Source: Candidatus Altarchaeum sp.
GTDB lineage: Archaea > Altiarchaeota > Altiarchaeia > Altiarchaeales > Altiarchaeaceae
DNA: 42,297 bases
Reading direction: 5' to 3'
Assembly: GCA_018260755.1 (NCBI GenBank)
Contig: JAGTWP010000004.1
Span: 1-42,297 of the forward strand
Program-made: the position numbers and the translations under genes
Notes under the pieces: model-generated
Told to the model about the DNA's origin: nothing
Databases searched by the model: none
What the model saw: the letters and a program-made list of their open reading frames with translations, nothing else
In this document: positions 17,445 to 25,300 of the stretch, piece after piece
Numbering within the stretch: position 1 is the stretch's first letter
Layout of the letters: the number at the start of each line of letters is the position of its first letter

Positions 17445-18401
17445 CTACACCTTCCCCAAAATTTCATCCCCTAGCGATACATCATACATTGCCTTTTTCC
17501 ATTCGGTTATTCTTAAAAATAAGTATGTTACAACCAGGAAAAATGCCAACGAAATCAAAAACAAAAATCCGAAAGCATCATGTTGAAGTATAGGCATAAT
17601 TTTGTCAATTTCATCGGTTTTTTCTTTACACTCATTTGTTAGTTCATCTTCATTGTGCGACTTATAAATAGCCGATGCATCGCTAAATTTTCCCCGTGCG
17701 GAACTGAATTTAACAATTGCATCAATTTTTTCGCTCATACTCATATCTGCAACATTGGTTATATTTATTAAATTTAATTCGCTTAAACCGTTTTTTACCA
17801 ATTCGTTTGCCTTTGTCATATCTTTATTGTACCTTTTCTCTGTTTCATCCGTTGAGACCTTTAAAGATGTACTCAAAACAACTTCCCCACAAAGAGAATA
17901 AGCATAAGTTGCGTTTTTATAATAAGAAATTTTCTTTTTTGTTACATTTTCATTATTTCCCAGATTTTCAAAAAACAATGCATCGTCGTAAATAAATTTA
18001 TTAATTAAATTATTTGCACTTTCCACTGCATCTATTTCTTCAATATACTTGGGATTTTTCGGAATCATCGCTCTTAAATTTGCACAATCTCTTATTGCCT
18101 GTTCTTTTGCGTTCAAATCGCCTCTTTTATCGGCAAGATAAATTTCATTAAATTTAACCAAAAAAATTTTCGTTTCGGATGCAAAAATTTCCATATCCTG
18201 AGGTAAATTTTTTCTTTCCGTTGTGTAAAGCATTATCAGCACATCCTGCTTTATGTCATCAACCTCTGGATAGGTAACACCTGCTTCAAGATTTAAATTT
18301 CTCAAATCATTAACTATGTCACCTTCCGCACTTACATTGCTTATATTAATCATGCAATAACTGAAACAAACGAGCAATAATAAAAAAATTTTCACATTCA
18401 T
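17445..18401 (-). CDS. Hypothetical secreted helical protein with signal peptide and C-terminal TM anchor
   Basis: 318 aa. N-terminal hydrophobic signal (KIFLLLLVCFSYC), C-terminal TM (FGFLFLISLAFFLVVTYLFL). No family recognised. Confidence 0.5.
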   Translation of the reverse strand: MNVKIFLLLLVCFSYCMINISNVSAEGDIVNDLRNLNLEAGVTYPEVDDIKQDVLIMLYTTERKNLPQDMEIFASETKIFLVKFNEIYLADKRGDLNAKEQAIRDCANLRAMIPKNPKYIEEIDAVESANNLINKFIYDDALFFENLGNNENVTKKKISYYKNATYAYSLCGEVVLSTSLKVSTDETEKRYNKDMTKANELVKNGLSELNLINITNVADMSMSEKIDAIVKFSSARGKFSDASAIYKSHNEDELTNECKEKTDEIDKIMPILQHDAFGFLFLISLAFFLVVTYLFLRITEWKKAMYDVSLGDEILGKV

Positions 18402-18576
18402 TTTGTTTTTAAAGACAAATTAAAACAATTAATTAAAATAAAATAATTAAAATTTCTTTGAAAAATTTTCAATCTTAAAAAACATTTCAAATATTTTTTA
18501 ATAATTAGAATTAAACTAAAATAATGCCCTCATCTTAATTTTATTATTCAATAAGATTTGGAAATTTAATAAATTA

Positions 18577-18678
18577 ATAAATCCATCAAAATAATAAATC
18601 TACTAAAATAATAAATTTAGCAAAATAATAAATCTACTAAAATAATAAATCTACTAAAATAATAAATTTAGCAAAATA
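18577..18678. repeat. 6 x 17-bp head-to-tail tandem array (ataaatNNNNNaaaata) ending 2 nt before the ATG at 18681
   Basis: Units are 18577-93 (ccatc), 18594-610 (ctact), 18611-27 (ttagc), 18628-44 (ctact), 18645-61 (ctact) and 18662-78 (ttagc). Confidence 0.9.
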
Positions 18679-18680
18679 AA

Positions 18681-19217
18681 ATGGGTATATTTAACAAGCT
18701 CAGGAAAACATTTGATTTTGAGATGTGGAAAAGGAAAAAAGACGACAAAACAACACAGGACCTTGACCTTCCGATGACATTTAAAGTAGGAAGTGTCGGA
18801 GAAATTTTAAACGAGGAATTTGAGGATATAGGTCAGGTCAGATATGAATGGGGTGGCGGGATGTGGGACGAATGCCTACTTGAGATGAAAGACGGAAAGA
18901 AAAAATGGCTCCTTGTTGATGAGCCAACATTTATCCTGTTCAATGAGGAAATTTCTATACCTACGGGGAACATTAATGATGGGTGGAATTTAATAAATAA
19001 CAGGAAAATTTTTGTTGAATCAAAGAGAAAGATAACTGTAACAAACACAGGAGGTTATTCGGAAATCAAAGAAGGGACAGATGTCCAGTGCTATGATGGC
19101 TATGACGAAGGTAAAAATTTGAGCTCAATAAGGGAATATCTTGGCAAATATGAAAAAAACACCGTAATGAGAACTGGAAGAAAAATCAGCAAATTTGAAA
19201 TAGAAGTGTATGGATAA
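18681..19217 (+). CDS. DUF4178-domain protein
   Basis: 178 aa. FKVGSVGEI...IGQVRYEWGGGMWDECLLEMKDGKKKWLLVDE fits the DUF4178 pattern (G..G.......G...Y....W.E..L...DG...WL) as I recall it. Confidence 0.5.
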   Translation: MGIFNKLRKTFDFEMWKRKKDDKTTQDLDLPMTFKVGSVGEILNEEFEDIGQVRYEWGGGMWDECLLEMKDGKKKWLLVDEPTFILFNEEISIPTGNINDGWNLINNRKIFVESKRKITVTNTGGYSEIKEGTDVQCYDGYDEGKNLSSIREYLGKYEKNTVMRTGRKISKFEIEVYG

Positions 19218-19316
19218 ATTTAAAATTTATTTATGGACTTTTAATTTGTTTTGTAATTTTAATTAGAAAATAAATAAATAATAAAAATTTAAAAATAAAA
19301 ATTTAATAAATATAAA

Positions 19317-19631
19317 ATGGCATTTTTGCACGACCCGATGACTATGTTTGAAGTAATTTACAGCGCAGTAATAATTATAGGAATTGTAGTTATTAGCGGA
19401 TTTTGTTTAACACTTGCAATTTTTCCGAAAAAGAATGAAATTGAGATACTTGAACGACTTGGATTGAGCGTGATATTGGGATTTACGCCGTTTGTATTGC
19501 TGTATTTCTTTGATAAAAATTTCAATGTTCCGATAAATTTTATAACAAGTGTTTTGTTTGTTCTTGGGACATGCGTTATAGGATTGGCAGCATGGATGTT
19601 GAGGAAATCCAAAATAAAACAAGAGGGTTAA
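19317..19631 (+). CDS. Small hypothetical membrane protein (3 predicted TM segments)
   Basis: 104-aa hydrophobic ORF with ATG start. No family recognised. Confidence 0.45.
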   Translation: MAFLHDPMTMFEVIYSAVIIIGIVVISGFCLTLAIFPKKNEIEILERLGLSVILGFTPFVLLYFFDKNFNVPINFITSVLFVLGTCVIGLAAWMLRKSKIKQEG

Positions 19632-19638
19632 ATTTACG

Positions 19639-19910
19639 AATTATAAATTAATTATAAAAGATGGATGTTGAAGCACAATTAAAAAAGGACTATGGGTTCC
19701 AACTTTTCTTTCTTTAAAAAAGAAAGAAAACCTGTGAAAAGAAAGAAAAAGTAAACCTTTGAAATTAAATTTTTAAATATATAAATATATAAAAAAATTA
19801 TCATACTCTATATAACGATATAAAAAGTATAATAAAAGAATAAATTAAAGCACAAATTATAAATTAATTATAAAAGATGGATGTTGAAGCACAATTAAAA
19901 AAGGACTATG
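19639..19910 (+). repeat. 56-bp perfect direct repeat (19639-19694 and 19855-19910) duplicating the rrp42 upstream region plus its first 34 coding nt, flanking a 160-bp insert
   Basis: Read directly: both copies are aattataaattaattataaaagATGgatgttgaagcacaattaaaaaaggactatg. Confidence 0.9.
19704..19730 (+). other. Perfect 12-bp-stem hairpin (ttttctttcttt-aaa-aaagaaagaaaa) inside the 160-bp insert
   Basis: The inverted repeat was checked base by base. The loop is 3 nt. Confidence 0.85.
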
Positions 19911-20686
19911 TTCTTAATGTTATTAAAAACAATAAAAGAATAGACGAAAGGAAATTTGATGAATACAGAAAAATTTCAATAAAGAGGGACTTTGTTGAAG
20001 GAAAGGCAGAAGGTTCCGCTTATGTAAAAATCGGAGATACAGAGGTACTTGCAGGGGTAAAAATAGATGTAGGAAATCCGTATCCTGATACACCTGACGA
20101 AGGTGTTATAACCGTCGGTGCCGAATTCAGGCCCATTGCATCTCCTTCGTTTGGTTCCGGTCCGCCTACACCAGCAGCAATAGAATTGGCGAGAGTGGTA
20201 GACAGAGGAATAAGAGAATCAAAATGTATAACAACAACACAATTAATAGTACCAAATACAGAATCCGTTGATAGTAATGGAAAGAGCACAAAAAAGATCT
20301 GGATGGTAATTATAGATATTCATATAATAAATGATGCGGGAAATTTAATAGATGCAAGTGGAATTGCTGCAATGGCTGCATTACTTGATACAAAACTTCC
20401 GAAATACGAAGATGGAAAGATAATAAGAAATGAATTTACCGGAGGACTTCCGATTACAAAGGTTGCAATTCCTGTAACATTCAGAAAGATTGATGATAAA
20501 ATTTTACTTGATCTCGATTCGGATGAAGAAACAGCAATGGATACACGATTGACAGTCACAACAACAGATATGATAAACGCAATGCAAAAAGGAGGAACCG
20601 GAAAATGGACAATAGAAGAAATAAAGCAATGTGTTGAGACCGCATTCATCAAGGCAGAAGAAATAAGAAAGATTGTAGAGGCATGA
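19877..20686 (+). CDS. rrp42: Exosome complex subunit Rrp42 (RNase PH-like, non-catalytic)
   Basis: 269 aa. RIDERKFDEYR...GSAYVKIGDTEVLAGVK...PDEGVITVGAEF.PIASP.F..GPP...AIELARVVDRGIRES is the Rrp42 pattern. No rrp4 or rrp41 lies upstream. Confidence 0.85.
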   Translation: MDVEAQLKKDYVLNVIKNNKRIDERKFDEYRKISIKRDFVEGKAEGSAYVKIGDTEVLAGVKIDVGNPYPDTPDEGVITVGAEFRPIASPSFGSGPPTPAAIELARVVDRGIRESKCITTTQLIVPNTESVDSNGKSTKKIWMVIIDIHIINDAGNLIDASGIAAMAALLDTKLPKYEDGKIIRNEFTGGLPITKVAIPVTFRKIDDKILLDLDSDEETAMDTRLTVTTTDMINAMQKGGTGKWTIEEIKQCVETAFIKAEEIRKIVEA

Positions 20687-20848
20687 GAGTTTTTCAGGAA
20701 TGAGTAAAGAAAGTAAAGGAAGGGAAACTATGAAAGGATATTTTAGCAGAGATATGAACACAATATTATCATAAAATTTAGTTATATCTCCAAAGATGTT
20801 GTGACAATGAGGAAATTTTGAAATTTCTCAAAATTTTATGTTATTGAA

Positions 20849-21631
20849 ATGAAAAAAGTAAGAGCAATTATACTTTCTGGCTATGGAATTAACTGTGAGA
20901 TCGAAACAGCATATACCTTTAAAAAATGCAACGCCGATGCGGAAATCGTGCACATAAACGACCTTTTAAATAAGACAAAAGACCTTATGAATTATCAGAT
21001 TCTGGTAATTCCCGGCGGATTTTCTTTTGGCGATGATATTGCAAGCGGGAAGGTTCTGGCAAACAAGCTCAAATTTAAAATAGATGAAATTTATAAATTC
21101 ATAGATGCAGGAAATTTAATAATAGGAATTTGTAACGGATTTCAGGTTCTGGTTAAGTCAGGAATACTTCCGGGAACTGCTGAGCATAAAACACAGGAAG
21201 CAACATTAACCTTTAACGATTCCGGAAAATTTGAAGACAGATGGGTTTATTTAAATGTCAATGAAAAAACGAAATGTGTGTGGACAAAAAATTTACATAA
21301 TTTGTTTCTTCCGGTCAGGCATGGCGAGGGAAAATTTTTCTGTGGGAACAAAATTTTAGAATACCTCAAAGAAAACGAACAAATAGTTATGCAATATGTT
21401 GCTCAAAACGGAAATTTTGCGGACTATCCGGACAATCCCAATGGCTCAATTGAAAATATCGCCGGAATTTGCGACAAGACAGGGCGTCTTTTCGGACTGA
21501 TGCCGCATCCGGAAGCATATAACTGTTTTGAAAATAACCCGTTGTGGAGATCCAAAAACAAGAGCGTTTTTCCGCTCGGAATTGAAATCTTCAGGAATGG
21601 AATAAAATTTGCAGAAAAAAATTTAATATAA
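20849..21631 (+). CDS. purQ: Phosphoribosylformylglycinamidine synthase I (glutaminase subunit)
   Basis: 260 aa. PGGFSFGDD, nucleophile elbow GICNGFQ, HGEG and MPHPE motifs. Confidence 0.85.
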   Translation: MKKVRAIILSGYGINCEIETAYTFKKCNADAEIVHINDLLNKTKDLMNYQILVIPGGFSFGDDIASGKVLANKLKFKIDEIYKFIDAGNLIIGICNGFQVLVKSGILPGTAEHKTQEATLTFNDSGKFEDRWVYLNVNEKTKCVWTKNLHNLFLPVRHGEGKFFCGNKILEYLKENEQIVMQYVAQNGNFADYPDNPNGSIENIAGICDKTGRLFGLMPHPEAYNCFENNPLWRSKNKSVFPLGIEIFRNGIKFAEKNLI

Positions 21632-21636
21632 AATAT

Positions 21637-22134
21637 ATGAAATTCAGAAAACCCGACAGGAATGAAATTGAATTAATAAAGGAATGCGCGACTCATTTTA
21701 AAGGACATTTTGAAACAGATAAATTTTCTTTATTTGCGGATAAATTTAATAAGGTCTTTATCTACAATGGAACACCTGCAAATTTAAATTTAAGCAATTT
21801 GAGAGCGTTGTCCATCGGATTAAATATCGGGAAATTGGCTCAAAATATATTTGTTCCCACCCGGGAATTTGCGGACTTAATTGAGCCTACCACTCATATT
21901 TTTGAAATTGAAACAAAGTTAGAAGGTGCAAATTTTATGAAGGGATGGGACATTTACCCTGTTACAAATCCTGAATGCGTTCAAGAAATGTATAAAATTT
22001 ACACAAAAAAAAAATTAAATTTTGAAGAAAATACATTAATTGCGATAAAGTATAAAGGTATGACTTTAGGGATTGGAAAATTCACGACCGGAAAAATTAT
22101 AAATAAAATTTCAAAAAGAGAAAAATTACACTAA
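21637..22134 (+). CDS. NIP7-like (UPF0113) protein with C-terminal PUA-like domain
   Basis: 165 aa. Length and pattern (R....E...I..., GLNIGKL...F.PT.EFADLI, C-terminal IAIKYKGMTLGIGKF) resemble archaeal NIP7 homologues. Called from memory only. Confidence 0.5.
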   Translation: MKFRKPDRNEIELIKECATHFKGHFETDKFSLFADKFNKVFIYNGTPANLNLSNLRALSIGLNIGKLAQNIFVPTREFADLIEPTTHIFEIETKLEGANFMKGWDIYPVTNPECVQEMYKIYTKKKLNFEENTLIAIKYKGMTLGIGKFTTGKIINKISKREKLH

Positions 22135-22197
22135 CTCACCTCTTTTCGTTCGGAGATTTTCAAGAAGTTGAAAATGGCAAAATGAATAACTTATTAT

Positions 22198-22323
22198 AGG
22201 ACTTACGCAGTTTTAATATAAATTATTAGGATTATATATAAATATATTAAACAGGACTTACGCAGTCCAGTATATAAAAAGGTCTTAAAATCCCTAAATT
22301 TATGTATGTTTTGCGTAAGTTCT
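22198..22323. repeat. Direct/inverted repeat structure: aggacttacgcagt at 22198-22211 and 22253-22266, plus an inverted copy (ttgcgtaagttct) at 22311-22323
   Basis: Read directly. The second direct copy and the inverted copy can form a 9-11-bp stem around a 47-nt loop. The 22-nt element shared with 257-278 lies between the two direct copies. Confidence 0.8.
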
Positions 22324-22354
22324 ATTTAATTCCTTTATTTTTTATTTCTTAAAT

Positions 22355-25300
22355 TTATTCGTATCTCTTTACATTTATTTTGTTTTCTTCTGCCTTCTTT
22401 GCTGTTTCATCATTAGAAGTTAATAGGTCAACATTTAGTTGTTTTGCTCTTGCAACATGCTCATCGCCGCATTCTTTTAAGTAATTTTCGCCTTTTTCAT
22501 CTAAATCCACAAATTCAAATTTATTCTTTACTCTATTTTCTACATCCATTCCTTGTATGTTGTCATAAACCTTCCTTGAGACATAAATTTTGCTGTATTT
22601 ACTAGATATGTTTTCAAGTTGTTCTTCTTTAATTGCTTTATTTATGGATTCTTCATCTGCATAAATTTTCTTCTTTCTTAATAAGAGGAAAAGCAAAAGT
22701 GCTATTAATAACAATAATAGCAATAATATCCAGCAAGGCAATCCGAATATATTACATTCAGGACATGTCGTTTTACAAGTTGCTGTCCCTTCTTCACATC
22801 CGCATTTGCATTCCTTTGGACAAATAATTTCTACTGTTGTAATTTTACTTGTTGCAGTATCTGAATCCTTATATCCTTTTTTACTTGCTGCTGCTGTGAC
22901 ATCTCCTTCAATTTGTGTTTCGTTTGTGCAGACCTTTCCGTTTGCATCAGAAATTAATTGTATTTCTTTTCCACCTGGCATTGTAAGTTTAACATTTGCA
23001 CCTTCAACATTATTTCCATCCTGATCTTTTACATAACAACATAATGTTTCATTTACATTAACTTGTGGAGCACATGTTACTGTTAGTTTCGGCATTACAA
23101 TTGTTCCGGTTAATGTCTCATTTTCATAGCAGTCCTTTTGTGCAGTTAATGTATAACTTCCTTCTTTTTCTCCTACATTAAATGTTATTTTTCCCTCAAA
23201 ATCAGATGTTTTTACTATATTTCCATCCGGTAATACAATACTTACCTTTGCACCTTTAACTGCATTTCCGCCGTCATCTTTTATAATGTATGTTAAGACA
23301 TCATTAGTCATTGCTTTTGTTAAATCAGATGGTGTTATGTAAAGTTTTCCGTAAGTCGAAGTTATTGTCTTGCTGTATTCTTCACCGCAAACTCCTTTTG
23401 GAATAGTTATTGTATAAATACCGCATCCAAAGTTATAGCAAATTTCACCATTTGCATTTGTAGAAACATTCAAGTTATTACCATTCGGAAGTGTTAACAT
23501 TATGTTAGCTGCGCTTGGTACATTCTTTGTAGTGCTTGTTGTTAATTTTCCATCTTGATATGTATTTGTGGTGCACTCCATCTTAAAGCAATGACTTCCA
23601 GGGGTTGTTATATCTGGAATTGTTGGTGAAATTTGATGAGTTGTTGTTACTTCCCCGACAGGAATTCCCTGATATTGTTGCGGACCACATGTTGTGCAAT
23701 AACCTCCTCCACTACTGCCTGGTGGAGGACATGCTCCACAATCGCCTGGGCAGGAAGAGCATGTTTCACCCTTGTTTGCTTCGCATTGTCCGTTGTTGCA
23801 GCAGACATTATTTTCATCTATTTGGTTGTTGCAGTTATCATCAATTCCATTGCAGATTTCTTCTGCTCCTATGTCAACACATGTGACAGATACATTTACA
23901 GTTGCATTTGCTGTTGCATTTACGATTGTTCCTGAATAATTGCCTGTTACATTAGCAATGTTTGTTGTTGTGCTGTTTATTGTTGTTGAACAATTGCATT
24001 CCATGATTTCATTTACCGCTAATGTTGCATTTGGACAAGTTACATTACTGCATTTGTCATCTGTAACATTTATGTTTGTTAAATTTACATTTCCTGTGTT
24101 TGTTACATTGTAATAATAGGTTACACTTCCACCTCCTGCTGGCAATGTTGTTGGATTTGCTGTTTTAACTAGGGTTATATTTGGACACGCAACAAAAACA
24201 GTTGCATTTGTCGTTGCATTTACAATACTTCCTGAATAATTACCTGTTACTTTAGCAATATTTGTTACATTTCCACATTGTGTCAAGGTTGTTGAACAAT
24301 TGCATATCGTGCTTTCATTTACTACCAATGTTGCATTTGGACAGATAACAGAACTGCATCTGTCATCCGTAACATTTATATTGCTTAATGGAACATTTCC
24401 TGTATTTGTTACATTGTAATAATAGGTTACACTTCCACCTCCTGCTGGTAATGAATAATTACTTGCAGTTTTGTTTAAACTTATATTTGGGTTTACAGGC
24501 GTTACATTTACAGTTGCATTTGCACAACTATCTATTCCTGCCCCTTCTGATGAAACTGCACAAGCTATATTTGTAGTAGTATTATACAAAGGAGTGGTAA
24601 AGTTACATGTCTTACTTTCATTAACATTTAATGTAGATATTATACAGACAAATCCCAATTTGTCATCAAAAACTCTGACATTTGTAAGATTTACTCCACC
24701 AGTATTAGTAACATTATAGATATAGTTAACTAATTCTCCATATACTATACTTGTGGCATTTGGTGTCTTAGTAATTAATATATTTGGACACACTGGACAA
24801 GACGGCATAACATTGACAGTTGCATTTGCTGTTGCATTTACGATTGTTCCCGAATAATTACCTGTTACATTAGCAATATTTGTTGTTGTGATGTTTATTG
24901 TTGTTGAATAATTGCACATCATGCTTTCTCCTACTGCAAGTTGTGTTGCAGAACAATTTATTGCTCCGAGTTTATCATCACTTAACGAGATATTTGTTAA
25001 ATTTACATTTCCTGTGTTTGTTACAATGTAATAGTAAGTCACATTTCTTTCACTCATATTCAAACATGTCGGATTTGCTATTTTAATTAAAGATATATTT
25101 GGCTGTGCGGGTGATGCTATGGGCACTGTCACATTTGCACCTGGAACCCCTGGACCACCTCCAAATAGGGGTTGTAATCCATAAAATCCTGTAACATTTG
25201 CGATATTTGTTTCATTATCTGTTACTGTTTTTGTACAATTACACTTCATTGATTCGCTAACGCTAAGATTATTCTTTGGACAATTTACAGTAGGGCATTT

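Noticed and set aside
18577-18678. Possible CRISPR array (regular short repeats).
   Set aside because: The 17-bp units are contiguous with no spacers, are AT-only and non-palindromic, and abut a start codon. No cas genes are in the window.
20703-20777. 24-codon ORF (MSKESKGRETMKGYFSRDMNTILS) between rrp42 and purQ. It was considered as a remnant of the small ribosomal or RNAP genes that often follow rrp42.
   Set aside because: It lacks the Cys-rich zinc-ribbon pattern expected for L37ae or RpoP-type proteins and is too short to support.
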